From contig BCIN01000005.1 of the NCBI GenBank assembly GCA_039545335.1, forward strand, positions 1,395,946 through 1,459,945: a stretch of 64,000 nt of DNA. The letters run 5' to 3'. Both the position numbers and the translations under genes were made by a program. Every line of letters starts with the position of its first letter. Within the stretch, counting starts at the first letter, position 1. The DNA is from Kondoa subrosea. Taxonomy: Eukaryota. Below are positions 40,098 through 54,184 of this stretch, piece by piece. The notes under the pieces were generated by a model that was given only the letters and a program-made list of their open reading frames with translations, made no database searches and was not told where the DNA came from.

Positions 40098-43000
40098 ATG
40101 TCAAACAAGTCTAGAAGGAGCAACAGCGCTCTAGATACTTCGTTAATCATTGATCAACCTCGTTCGCGTAAATCTACCGAACATTATGCTCCTCCCGCTG
40201 GAACTCGTACTCTGCGTATCAAACCGTTAGCTGCACCACCAGCCATTGCAACCAGATCAACGCGTGGGAAGAGAAGCGTGACTTATGAAGAGCAGGATTG
40301 GCAAGACGATGATTATCCTGTGCATTCTAGAAGAGCTTCGACCAGTAGACCTACTCGAACTAGAGCAAAGAAAGAGTATGTGGATGATTATGATGACGAA
40401 GAGGAGGAAGAAGAGTTTGTAGAGCAAGTTTATCATCAACCTCAAGTTCAGTTGCAGGACGAGGAAATGGAAGAAACAGCTCAAGAACCTGCAGGTATGC
40501 ATGAATAACTGCTATCTTGAGCCAGTACTGATCAGCTCGGTAGTCAATGGTCTCGTTGCGAATCAAGAACCAAAAAATGAAGATGACCAAACTCAACCTG
40601 TTGAAGCTGAACCTAATCTACCATCAGAAGACTTAGGCGGCTACGAACCTCCTTCCGAAGCACAAGATATCATTCCTTCTTCTACTTTGGCTCAACCACA
40701 AACATTGCAAGATCCAGACCTGAGTGGAAGTCAATTTGATGTTGAAGAAGAAGAGGATCCCAACCTTTATTCTGAAGATGGTCAACCTGATTTACCTCCT
40801 CGTACTACTTCCAAAGCAAAAGGCAAAAGAAAAGCTGTAGTCCAAGATTCGGATTTTGAGCAAGATGATTTAGCTATACCTCAGGAAGATTATGTGTCGC
40901 GCAGTGGACGATCAACCAAACGTAAAATACTGATGGATGACTCTGAAGAAGAAGAATATGAGGCGTCTAGAAAGAGGAAAACTGTACGGCGGAGGAATAG
41001 CAACAATGATTTCGTGGTCGACGATGAAGAAGAGGAAGCAGGCGAGACCGATCTTGAAGCTGACTACGGTACTCGACGATCCAAGAACCCAAGAATTCGA
41101 GCATTGGGTAGTAAAAGGCGTCAACAAGAGGAAGAGCAGCGAAGGAGATTAGCAGCTCAATCTCGAAAACCTATGAGACGCAATACTAGAAACTCGAGAA
41201 ACGCAGATGATTCAGAAAACGAAGCATACATCCCTGAAGAGGAAGATGAAGATGATCGGCAATACTCATTCCGAGCAAGAAAGAAGCAAGTCAATTACAT
41301 CTTACCTACAATTGAGCAAATCAACGCTGAAGCGGCCAAGAACCTCAACACCCGAAGAGATCGATCCGACTTCATCAAACCGAGCAAGAAGAAAACTTTG
41401 CCATTTTCCATGTCCGGTAGGCAACTTGATGCACTTTTTGGTAACAAGCCAGAGACTTCAGACGACGATAATGCTACGCCCAGAAAGCGACCTCTGTTCG
41501 GTGGTAGTGGCATGTTTGGCAGTACTGGAGGCATGCTTTCTGGAGGTGGAATGGATTTGACTGGCACTCCCGGGAATTTCGGTCGAGTCGGTGCAAGTAC
41601 GTATCGCCAGATGCCTCTTGACCTTCACTGATGAACGCGATGTAGATCTGGCAGATACCGATCCACTTTCACCTGCTGTGCCGGTGACTTTCGATGCAGT
41701 AGGAGGAATGGAACAACATATTCAACAACTCAAGGAAATGGTTTCCCTTCCTCTGCTCTATCCTGAAGTCTTTCAACGCTTCAGCATCACTCCTCCTCGT
41801 GGTGTACTCTTTCACGGTCCACCTGGAACGGGTAAAACGCTTTTGGCTAGAGCTTTGGCTGCTAGCTGTTCTACTTCTGGCCAAAAAATCTGTCGGTCGA
41901 CATCTAATAACATCTACTGAGCAGCTGCTGACCTCCAGTAGCCTTCTTCATGCGCAAAGGTGCAGATTGCTTAAGCAAATGGGTCGGAGAAGCAGAAAGG
42001 CAACTTCGTCTGCTGTTCGAAGAGGCAAAGAATAGTCAGCCTAGTATCATCTTCTTTGATGAAATAGATGGTTCGTCATACTCACTAGCTAGAAGGACAC
42101 TGCTGATTTGGACCAGGTCTTGCGCCTGTTCGAAGTAGTAAACAAGAACAGATCCATGCTTCTATTGTTTCTACTCTACTGGCTTTGATGGACGGCATGG
42201 ACGGTCGAGGCGAGTCGCTTTTGTTCGTTCCACTATGGTTGATGCTGAGGTTTTGTATCTACAGGTCAAGTTGTAGTAATCGGCGCTACAAATCGGCCAG
42301 ACGCTGTGGACCCTGCTTTACGTCGGCCTGGTCGTTTCGATCGAGAGTTCTATTTCCCTCTTCCGAACAAGGACGCAAGGCGTCAAATCATTGACATCCA
42401 CACTAAAGGCTGGGAACCCGGTCTTGAGAGCGAATTCAAAGATGAGTTGGCTGTCATCACAAAAGGATATGGTGGAGCGGATCTTCGAGTCAGTTTGTTC
42501 CGACTTTTGATTTTCATCCGCTAAGCGAGAGATTCAGGCGCTTTGTACAGAAGCAGCTCTGAATGCGGTTCAACGGAAATATCCTCAGATCTACAAGTCA
42601 CAAGATCGTCTCGTCATCAAACCAGAGACTATCAATGTAACAGCTAGAGACTTCATCATTTCAGCTAAGAGTCAGTCTTGCGTTGTTGCACCGGCCAAGT
42701 CTGATTGATTTGCCAGATCTCATACCTTCCACTGCTAGATCAACATCAACACTAGCTGCCGCACTACCTGATCACCTCAAACCCTTACTGGAACCCGGTT
42801 TCGAAACAGCCAAGTCGACTCTCGCTAAAATTCTACCAGATGTCAAGAAGGTCAACATACTAGAAGAAGCTGAATATGAGGAAGACAGTGATTCTGGCTT
42901 CGCAAAGGAGAAGATTATGCAAAGTCAGCCTTTCGATTGATGTTTTGCGTATTTTGCTGAACTCAAAGTAGCCTATGAAACAATGCGAATCTATAAGCCA

Positions 43001-44909
43001 CGACTAGTCATTTGCGGTCCATCCGGAATGGGTCAATCCTTCATTGGCCCAGCTGTCTTGCATCACCTTGAGGGGTTCCATGTTCAAAGCTTAGATCTTG
43101 GTGCGCTTGTTGGCGATTCCACTCGGGTAAGACATCCGCTTTTCCTGAGTACACGTACACTGATCAATCTCTGCAGTCAATCGAAGCTGCCTGTGTGCAA
43201 CTTTTTACTGAAGCAAAACGGCACAAGCCTTCAATTCTCTATATCCCTTCTCTGACATCTTGGTCAGCGGCAGTCAATGAAACTGCTCGTGCCACGATCA
43301 AAGGCATGCTCGACGCTATGGAACCATCAGATCCAATACTACTTCTCGCTGTCGTTGACGGACACTTCAAAGATGTTCCAGCTGACCTGAGAAGCTGGTT
43401 CGGCTTCATGAAGAGCAATCGGGTGGCTCTTTCGGCTCCTCTTCCAGTGAGCGCTATTCAAGATAGGAGATACTATGTACTGATGTGCTCGAACAGGCGC
43501 AACGAAGTGCATTCTTTGCAGAAGCTATTTCAAGCATAAGACGTTCTCCAACCGCCTATCCAGATGCCGTCGTCCGGAAGAAACGAATTCTGGAAGTCTT
43601 GCCTATCGCTCCGCCTCGCGAACCACGTAAAATGACAGAAGCCGAATTACTAGCTCAAGAACAGAATGACGGCAGATTGCGCGAATACATCAAGTTCAAA
43701 CTTGGTCCTATCATTTCCGAGCTGAGAAAGCGATATAAGCGATTCTGTAAACCAATTGGAGATGATTACGAAGAGCCTGAAGAAGCTCCTGCACCAAAAC
43801 CGACATCCACTGCCGAACCTATAGATGTCGATGCTCAAAACGACCCGAACTCAAATGCTGTCGCGGTCGACGAGGATGCAACTGTCGACACTTCAATAAC
43901 AGCTATACCTCCGCCAGAACATGTTCCCGAAGCCAAAACGGAACCTCCACAGCCTGTTCAACAAATGCCCAAATACGTCGATGTGGATCTGGACAAGATC
44001 AATCTATCTCTGTACTATGATGATTACCTTACTCCAGAAGAATTCATTCGCGACATTCGACACATCGTCAACAACGCTTCTCTCGACAGCGACAATGAGA
44101 TGTTTGCTCGAGCTGGAATGATGTTGAATCATGCTCAGATCATGCTCGATCAAGTTTGCGATCAACAATTCAGGGTCGAATGCGCTCGAATGGCTGCGAG
44201 GGAAAAGACTCGACTTGAAGTTATGAGGGAGAAAGAGAGGGCTGCCAAAGCTGCGAAGACTGCTGCTGATACATTAGAGGGTCAAGAAGCGGCAGAGAAC
44301 TCCCTCAAGAGGCCGAGAAGTGACGACGTCCTCTCAGGCGACGAAGCAGAACAAGCGGAAAAGCGAAGTCGATTGACGCAATCTGGCGAACCTTCAACAA
44401 CAGCTACACAAGACGATACAGATCCTTTCTCTGCTGCTCCTGTCGCATCTACAAGTACTCTTCCACCTGTTTTACCTCAAAATGAGATGGAATTGGATGA
44501 ACAACCCCGCGATCAATCTCCTACGCCTGTCAAAGCATTCTCTTCAGGTCCTATCCAGCTCACAAATGTCCATATATCACCACAACCTATCGTCCCGGAC
44601 ACACCAAATGATGATCAACCACAACCCGCGGCTGTTGCAGAAGAAGAAGAACAACAACCTTTACTGCCCAATCCACCTTTCGTTTGCCCAGAAGAAGATC
44701 TTTCCGCTCTCGAATACGCTCTAGGTCAAACAACAGATGGTTTGAGCGTAGATCAGCTCGAACAGTTACGAGCGGCAATCTATGATGCTACTTGGCGAGC
44801 GAGAAAAGATTGGGACAAGACGGATTTGATTGAAGAAGTTAGAGAATTGGTTTACGAATTCGTTGGTGAATGTAAAGCGTACCAAAGGGAGATGGAAGCG
44901 GAGGAATGA
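40098..44909 (+). CDS. YTA7: AAA+ ATPase with bromodomain, Yta7/ATAD2 family
   Basis: Acidic N-terminus; Walker A GPPGTGKT; MRKGADCLSKWVGEAERQLRLLFEEA; Walker B IIFFDEID; DPALRRPGRFDREF; a second degenerate AAA domain; bromo-like YLTPEEFIRDI. Confidence 0.95.
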
Positions 44910-45402
44910 GGTCTGAAGGAAGTCCAAACCTTTGTAAATAGATTCGCACAATGTGAAAATTGATGACGCAAAGCAACTGGAAGGCGCATGTAGATGACGG
45001 GAAACCAGACTGAAAGAGACATAAATAGAAAGATATCAGGACGAAGAGCAACCGCAAAGACGGCAGAAGAACACATTTTAGAAAAGGCAAATACATGTTT
45101 CTGCGTCGACGCCTGTGTAAAGGAAAAGATGATTTCTAAGCCAGACATAAAAACACCGGACCGACAAGTCGATCTTGTTTTAGAGTTTTTGCAAATGTAT
45201 AATGAAAAATGCTTCTCTCCCTCGCTCGATAACCGTTCCCAAATATAGACCATTACAATTCTTCTCGTACACTCTGCCCCGATTTTCTGTTGCATTGCAT
45301 TTTGTTTGACTAACAGAAAGAAGAGGAAGTTGCAATGTCGAAAGAAACGGGAAGAGTAGATTGAGTAAGAAAGCTGCAAATGATATTGTCGGGAAGGTTG
45401 AT

Positions 45403-46332
45403 CTAGTGACCGTACTCGGCCAGCTGCTTTTGGATAGGTGCGAGCTCGGCGTGTTCGGATTTGAGTGCTTTGGTCCTTGTTTGGCGAGTTGCTTGCTGAG
45501 AATGCGGAAAGTGAAGAAGATGAGACAACGGGATGAAGGCACTGTTCAGTATGGACTAACCTTGCGCTCGTAGTAAGCTTGACTCTTGACTTTCCTCTTT
45601 TCTTCCAATCGGTCGACGACCTGAAATTGAGAGTATTGTCAATGACATACTGGATAGAAAGATCTTCAAGACAAACCTCCTTTCCGTGCCAACCCTAATA
45701 TTATGATGAGTAGGCGGCCATGAACATGAAAGACGAAACAGAGCTTACAACTTCATGTGATAGACGCTTGATTGTGCAGTACTTGCGACCAGGCTTCAAT
45801 CTAAGAACTCGAAGAGCTTGAGGAATGACCATCTTCTTCTGCCTGTCGTATGGTGGTGGCATGCCTTCGAAACTAAAAGTTACGAAGGATGTGATTAGCT
45901 AAGCAAATTCGAAAGACTTGAAGGTAATTGTTGTAAAACTAACAGCTTGATGCGTTCAAGAGCTGCAGCACCTCTTGAAGTTTTGTGAGGCATCATTCCC
46001 CTGACGGCCTTGTAGAGAACACGAGAAGGAGCACGGAAATGGAAAGGACCGCTCTTCTTTGGGTTGACCAAATGTCTCTTGTTGAGGAAAGCCATGTAAC
46101 GGAGCTGTTTGATCAACAACATTGGTATCCATCCTTTTGACATTTGTTTGCATTTGCATTTGAAGGGACCTACCTTGAGACGGAAGAAAGAACCAGATAC
46201 ATTGATCAATTCGCATCTGACTACTACAATCTTTTGACCATTGAGTGCTTGCTTTGCAATGATTGAAGCCAAACGACCGAGTAAATGGCCCTTGCCATCA
46301 ATGACAATTGGTGCAGCAGAGATTGTTGCCAT
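45403..46332 (-). CDS. RPL16: 60S ribosomal protein uL13 (L16/L13a)
   Basis: [56 protein letters not shown]. Confidence 0.97.
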
Positions 46333-46558
46333 TACAGAGGATCTTGCTGTGTAGAAATGCGTTTCAATACGTGGTATACGACGCAATGTGTGGTGTTGTG
46401 AGAGAGCACACACCTGTTGAGGATTGGCGACAACGAGGAGGAGGACTCAAGGAAAGAATTTCGCAAAGTGAAGTTCGGTTCAGGTCGGCTTTATTTCCGG
46501 CACTTTCACGCCCTTCTCTCATTTCGTGAAGTGAGCAGCGACCAAACCTAGACTAGCA

Positions 46559-47210
46559 ATGGTGCGCTACCCCGTACTGCATCGTCTGTGTTTGATGCAC
46601 CGACGATGCATTACCCATCTGATACCAACGAGCTGATAATCCAACTTTTTTCTGTAGGCCAAAAGAACTAAGAAGGTTGGCGTGACCGGTAAAGTGAGCG
46701 CATTTGTCAAAGGAGCAGTCTAGGGTTGCATTGAACCGCAATTGTGCTAGTACGGTACCCGTTATGGTGCTTCATTGAGGAAACAAGTAAAGAAGATGGA
46801 AATCACTCAGCATGCTACTTACGTGAGTCTGCAGTCGGCTTTGTGCATCTTGTGTGCTCGTACTGACTTGGATTACAGACATGTACTTTCTGCGGAAAGG
46901 TTGGTCAAGAGCTTGGAGATGTCTTGATCAGATCTGATTTGAAAGTACCATGCCAACAGGACTCAGTCAAGCGCACTGCTGTAGGAATCTGGGAATGCAG
47001 AGTGAGTATGCTCTCAGGCCGGCCATATGCGAATGCTCATATCTTGTTCAGGGATGCAAAAAGGTCATTGCTGGAGGTAATTCATCAAATCTCAACTATC
47101 AACCGCAGGCAACTAAATGATTTTCTCAAGGCGCATGGACTGTCTCAACAACAGCTGCCACCACTGTCCGAAGCACTATCCGCCGTCTAAGAGATCTGAC
47201 CGACGCATAA
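46559..47210 (+). CDS. RPL43: 60S ribosomal protein eL43 (L37a)
   Basis: ATG-only first coding exon, then [60 protein letters not shown]. Confidence 0.97.
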
Positions 47211-47662
47211 ATTTCACCTCATTTTTTACCAGAGCAAGAGTTGCAGGCAAAAAGAGAGAGAAAGAGATTGTATTCGCATCGCATCAACGTATTCATTTCC
47301 TCGGATTGTCTCGACTTTTATTTGGTACTGCCAGTCTCGAGACTATACAGTCTGTCCAAGAAGTTCTTCAGCTCTTCAAACTTACGTCAGGTCCACTTGC
47401 ATTCTGTTGTTTCTTCTGCACACTAAGGCACTCGTCATCCTTCGCTGTTTCCTCAATTGCGCCTGAGTGTCAGACAGGACAGACGGTACTGCTCGCATCT
47501 TCAGCCTATACACTGATGCTTCTTCCGCTGTCAAAGTTCTGTCTTCCTTTTCGGTGCTTCGTTCTGCTATTGTCATTCACGATTGGGGACCTGCCCATAC
47601 ATTCGTACACCGAGCAAAAAAGTACTAAACTGTTATCATACAAGAAAAACCTCAAATAATGT

Positions 47663-50600
47663 TCACTGAGATGACATCAACTCTTGCAAGATAGGTCTGT
47701 CTTCAAGCATCTTCGGACTCAAGCTAGTCTTGATCTTTTTTGCCTGACTATTTCTCTGAGATTGATTTTGACTTGATCGAATTCGTTTGATAGGCGAGAA
47801 GAGAGGTAGAGAGCCATAACTTGTCAATGCATCCGAGGGTAAAGTGTAGATCCAGTTCTTTGCTTGCATCATATAAAATAATTTGCTGAAGAGTTCCAAG
47901 TGAGATAAGGTAGTACGAGATCCAAAGATGATGAGTTTCGATTTAGCTCTTGTTAAGCATACATTCAATCTTCGCCAATCTCTCAGCAATTCACCAACCT
48001 GTTCTCTGAGTAAGCTAGATGTCAAAAGAGAGTAACGAGAAAAAGGCTTACATGACCATCTTCATTCGATCGAACCAAAGACATGAGAATGCATTCTTTA
48101 TCTCGACCTTGACTTTTATCAGCCGTCAGAACTTCTATTCCATTTTTTGATTCAAGCATAGAATGGAGATGTTTAATTTGTTGTCTGTATAAAGCTACGA
48201 TACCAATGTCCGTTTGTGGTAAGCCACAGCGTTCAAGAGCCTCGACAGTCTGTTGTAACAAGATGAGTACAAACATTGTAATGTGTAGAGTATGAGGACT
48301 CACTTGACAGAGAAGAGAAGCTTCGCCATCGTTGTATACCAACTGACCAGATCTTGATTCTCTCGCAGGCAGCAAATCAGTATCGACGAAAACGACAGAT
48401 CGACTATTAAGGATCGATAAATTTGTGAGTCAGCGCTTAGCATATAGCTTACTCTTCGCAGATGATATCTTCCAGCCAGCGATTCTTTTCACCAGTTGAA
48501 CGAGATCGCAAAGCAGCAATACCCTCTTCCTTCAAAGGCAGCTCCAATTTCCTGGTCTTGACCGCTTCTGAACCACATTTCATCCTGTTCTCGTAGACTA
48601 GAGTATTGGAAAGTGACATGATATCTTCATTCATTCGATATTGATAAGTGAGGTAGACGAGAGCTTCGGGATGCGCTTCTGATAATCTTCGGAAGAGTGA
48701 GATATCTAGACCACCCTCTCGAGCTTGCTTGTTCTTGACCAGAGGAGGTAATTGATTGTGATCCCCGACGAGAACGAATGTATCGGCGAAGCGAAGAGGG
48801 CCAAGACAAGTCGGTAGTGTGATCTGTGAGGCTTCGTCGACAATACAGTAGTCGAAACGTCTTTTTTGGAATAATGGACTGCGCAAGACATTAGGCATTG
48901 ATCCGACGCAAGCAATAAGCGTACGTACTGACTAACACTCAAAGCTGTAGTTGCAACCACTTGAGGCTTCATCAGCCAGTCGTCGAGCTCAGCAGTAGAC
49001 GTCGCAAGACCTTTCGCGCTCAAGGTCATCTCTTGAATGGCTGGCATGACCTGCGACCAATATGTGAGCTTTATGTAGCAGCTGAGTTGTTTAGCCTACT
49101 TTGTCTGCGTTGCCTAGACGCAACACATCCGCACCTTTGCCTTTAAGCTTCAGAAGTATGTTGTCGACAGCAGAATGGGTATAGCTGGTCAGCAAGACCG
49201 ATTTGCCTCGACGCACGAGAGCTTGAATGACTTCTGTGACGGTAGTTGTCTTTCCTGTGCCGGGCATACCGAGTATTAGAGCATAGTCTTTGGCGGCTAA
49301 GACTTTGGAAATCGCGCTGCGTTGATCTGGATTGAGATCGAGACTTTGTTCTTCCTCGGAAAAGGTGCAAGGCAGAGAAGAGAACGTGGGTCGAGCGAGA
49401 TCGACCACAAGGCGAAGCCGTTTCTCATCGCCATCGGAATAGAAGAGTTGTGCGAGATTAGCTCGAATTCGACCCATTCCAGCCGCTAATTCATCCTTGT
49501 CGATTCTGAAGATTGGTGAGGGGGACTTGGAAGGTGCTTGGGATGCAGTGCAAGTAAGATTGAGAAGAGCATGATCAAGGCCGACCACAATGTGCAATGG
49601 CTTGAGCTCGAGAACAAAACCACGGGCGAGGGAAAGGATATCTGGATCGGTCATAGACAGAACGACAGGATCGCCGACAGAGATACTGCTTCCCATGAGC
49701 GATTCAGAGATGTTATAGGCCATGGAGCCTGTCTGTGCAAGAGGAGCTCGCACTAATCGATAAGTGAATCGGTTGGCCGCAGCAGAAGCTGCTGAATCGA
49801 CTGATTCGAAGGACCAGTCGATACTCATATTAGAGAGACATCTGCAGCTTTTAATCAGCTCTACTAATGAAAGCGAAAGAAGTATGCTCTTGCCTGCCGG
49901 TGACTTGTCTCTGCTCAGCTGTCATGGTCCAAATTTCCTTCTTGAATCTGATCATTTCTCGTTCTTCGTGACTGATGAGCTCGTCCCATTGTTTGTAGAA
50001 GGCGGCTTGATTATCGTTGATTTGGCCAGTCTTTGCATCTAAAAGCTCCTGCATATCTGTAGAAGGCATAGCATAGTCAGGAGTTTGCGGTTCGACAGCC
50101 TAGACTCCAAATTAGCGCAATAAATGCTAATCACAGGATTTGCTCACTCTTCTGTACAACATGCAGGCATCGTTGGCATAACATCGCTTGCAAACGCGAT
50201 GCTGATCGATCGGATCAGGTAAGAGAGCATGTTCCTCTTGTATAAGTGGTTCTGAATCTTCGACATTGATGCGATCGAATTCATCTTCATCTGCTGTTGG
50301 ATCTGGTAGAACCGCTCTGCTTGGCACGGCAATCTTCGTTGTCTTGAGCGACATGTAGCGAGCCAGTTCATTGCGGGTCTGAATGAGACCTCGAAGTTCA
50401 TTCTTTGCTTGAGCTACGCGAATGACAGTATCGGTCTGCGAGTAATACAGCAAGCCGCTGAGAACATCTTGGTCTTCGAGACGAGTCAAGTCAATGGCCA
50501 TGACCTGCTGTATAACAGAAAAACTCACTATAGCGATCGCTCATGAGCAAAGTATAAAGCATAGTTTGGGCTCGATGCTCCATGATAGCCATCGATCGAC

Positions 50601-51879
50601 CAGTCTTGATCTCGAATGGTGCGATCACACCAATACTGTCCTTCTCTTCTTCTGTCGCAGTCTTCCCTTCAACTCTAATTTGAACACTAACATCGATCTT
50701 GCCCTTGAGTCCGTACTTGGGTGACCAAATATCTTCTTCAACATCATGAACTTTGCTAAGGCAGACTGTACCAGCAACATCTTCAGATGTACCGCGAGGA
50801 TCAGTCAATGTTCCCTCTGTCGGGTTTGGTCCAACGAATTTTTCAGCCCATTCAACCCATCTTTCGCTCTTCTCAAGGATTGTAGCAGAAATCTCATCCA
50901 ATTCTTTCTCTAATTGCCAAGCACTCATCACTGTTTCTTCCAGAGCACATAACTTATTGATCTGTTCTGAACGGAAAGTAGTTGACCAATTATTCTTAAT
51001 CAAACAGGTTTGGAAGAGCTCATGCAAGAGGTTGCCATAGAGCAGAGCTTCTGAGGTAGCACCGTTCGATTTGACGCGATCTTGTAAGACTGCTTTGCGT
51101 GCACATGGGATAGAATTGGCAATCGCGGTTGAGGTGATCAATGTGTCTGGCAAGAGAATAAGAAGGTTGACGTTATTCGAGATGTTGAGAAGCAGAGGTT
51201 TCTTAGGATCGGTTGAAAGAGGGCCAAGAATATTGATGATATCGCCTGATCATTTCTTTCAGCAAAACTAAAGACAGGCAGCTGTTTGAGCATACCTTCA
51301 TGTACATTTGTATGCAGCCAATCGTCTTGTAAGCAGATCGTTTGAGCCTTCACAGCAGAAGTCGTTGGTCCATCGGGAGAAACATGCAGAGTCTGCTCGA
51401 GTTGTTAGCATAGTGCTGAACGGAAAGTCTATGAGCCTCACTTTTGATAACCGCTGGGTTTGGTCGATGGAGTCGATCACTTCGTTAACAACGAAGCGAA
51501 CGTACTGACGACTTGTTCTTTCCATGATGATCGGTCGGGGTCTGGCTATCGGTAGAGCGACAGAAGAAAGAGTATCGACTTGATCCATATCGGTATCGCT
51601 CCATGAATCGAAGCCCTCCAGTAGCGCATCGTATTCATCAACTGCTGCCTTAGGTGTAGGTACTTTGACTGGAGAGGGACACTTCGCTGGACTAGCTTTT
51701 CGAGGTTTGCTTGATAAGCGAGATGTATTGACAGACTTTTGACTGAGAGGATTACGAGATCGAAGAGGCTGAGAAGACCTTGGAGGGCTTGCCTGGCTCA
51801 ATACAGGCGAGGAGAAGACACTTTCGTCCAGTCCAGACAAAAGCGAATCCAGGAAAGCTTGCTCAACTTGGATGGCCAT
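47663..51879 (-). CDS. DNA2: DNA replication helicase/nuclease Dna2
   Basis: Nuclease [16 protein letters not shown] and FEIKTG; Fe-S Cys residues ([17 protein letters not shown]); helicase [42 protein letters not shown]. Confidence 0.97.
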
Positions 51880-52265
51880 AGCTGCAGGCTGGCAGGGAAT
51901 TTTGCTACGGTCGTGAGCTTTGCAGATGTGTACGCTGTGGCCAGAAGAGCAGGAATAGCAAATGTCAACGAGAAAAAGAAAACAATGGGTGATCGCGGCC
52001 AATTAATGCTTGCTTTGCTCTGAGGGTGACTGTTGCTCGCTGAGACCTATCTAGTCGAGTAAAGACACGTATAACGCGCTGCAGAAATCCGCAATGTCGA
52101 TGTTTTGCTGAAAGCCGAAAGATCCAGAAATCAATCAATGTGTCCTAGCTCTGACTGCCGCAAATGACCTTGAGATTCGACTTGTTGCTGTACTGATTCT
52201 AATAGCACAAGATCTCTATTCGCGATTCTGTATGAATCCGTCTGAACGATGCTATCCCGCTTTCT

Positions 52266-53410
52266 TTATAGCGTTTGCGCATCAATTAATGTTAGCTTTT
52301 CATCATCAAGTCGCTTCCAGGTCGTGATCGCGCCTCTAGTGATGTTCATGACGCGCAACCGTTTAGCCCAATCTGCACGTCCGTATCTAAAAGAGGCAGA
52401 ATTGGTTTTCAGATAACTCACACAATGTTTCTATCTGAATTATGCACGCTAGATGGGAAGGACAACCGGAGGCAATCATCCATGGTTGCTCTTTGCCATC
52501 CTTACTGGTCAGACGAAGAGCGTAATCGTTAAGCTGGGGACATCGTACTTAGCAACGGGTCGAATGGTGAGGACTCTTGATTGGACATACATGATCATGG
52601 CCCCAGACTAGACCAGTAACACCTTTCTCGACCGCAGCGTTGTACATGTCTGATGGTTTGTCAGAAGGAGTGGGCTTCTCATTCATTTTGCCAACAATCT
52701 CGTAGGTCTCGTTTGCCCCTTGGACAATCACTTGCTGCAAAGGAATATGAAAGAAAACAAGCGACTGCTTCGCTTCAACACGGAAGTTGTCCCGAAACCA
52801 ATCGACTTGTTCCCTATGAATGTATTCACTGAAAGCGATAATAAATTAGTGCCCCTCTAATGACATGGCCAAGACTTACTATGTCCAGATTCCATCGACA
52901 TCTCCGGCATCTCCTCCAGAATCAAGGAAGAACAAAAGCGCTATCAACAGGCCTTCCTCGTCTAGAATATCGATTCGATAATTGCCAGCGCCATAGTCTG
53001 CATCGCCTGGCACCGACATAGCCAAAGGATATTCTCGGGTAGCTTCGATGATGTTTTTTCGACTTCCTTCGTAGCCATAGTAATCTGCGTCATGATTGCC
53101 TAAGACGGTTGCAAAGGGGATGTTACGAGATGTTGCGAGAGAGTAGATTTCATCGAGAGCTGGGGAGACTTCTGCTGTGGCTGTGTTATCGCCAGTATAG
53201 ACGATTAAATCCGGGTCTTCCAAATCGAGAGCTTGATTGATGAAGGCAAGAGTTGCTTGCTTCTGTTCCAACGACTTGCTGTCGTGAGTCCAGTGCAAGT
53301 CTGGTTAATAAAAAGTCAATGGAATATAGTCAAAACTAAGGAGTAAGTCTACCTGCCAAGATGAATAACTTCAAGGCTCCATTGCGCAAAGTCAGAGAAT
53401 TGGATGCCAT
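52266..53410 (-). CDS. Calcineurin-like metallophosphoesterase (Dcr2/PAP-like), no signal peptide
   Basis: MASNSLTLRNGALKLFILA|DLHW, YTGDN, LGNHD, FLDSG, FFHIPL and WGHDH|LNDY provide the full set of metal-binding motifs. Confidence 0.88.
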
Positions 53411-54184
53411 GGCTCAAGACCGGAAAAAGACACACAAGAAGACAGACAGGGAAGCAGAGAACGCTTAGCCATGTACAGCATAGCAAGAATCGCTAACAAA
53501 GGCGAGAAGCAGTCATCGAGCACTGCTATACAAGCCGAGAAAATCTTCCTGAGAGCAAGGTTCCATCACCAGCGGTTTGCGAGGTTATGAAACGAAAGGA
53601 ATGACAGAACGAGACCGACACACTTGCCAACTTGACTTTGAGTTGGATTTGCAAAAAAATGTTGTACTGCACTTCAACCATTGCTCAAGGCTAGACTTGC
53701 GCTCTCTAACATGCAATACGACCGCTATATTGCGACACTCTTCACTAGAGAAGATGGTGTTGCGTTGTCAAGAAGGGTCGGAAATCCTCAAAGAAGTTTT
53801 TAACTGTTCAATGTCTTTTCCAAGGAGTTCGGAACTGCAATCTTCGAGACCCTGTCGATCACTGTGCAGCTGCTATTTGGCTTCTTGCGTCAACACCTTG
53901 TGCTCAAATCCGCTACATACTCTTTACCTAATTTGCCCAGATGTTCTTGTGCTCTCGCAACCGGCAATACCTCCCATGGGCTGCGTATCGCTCTTCTCTC
54001 GACGTCTGTGTGCTGCTATACGTCCCACGACTCTGTTCGGGAACGCCTCTGTGTCTGCTTGCGCTTTCGCATGTCTTCTGATGTAATTCGAAGCGAGTCT
54101 TCTAATTGATAGTCTGATAATGGTTGCCCGCGTTTTTTCTCCTCCTTTCTCCTCTCGTGCCATCCCTCTTGATCCTACAAAGCA

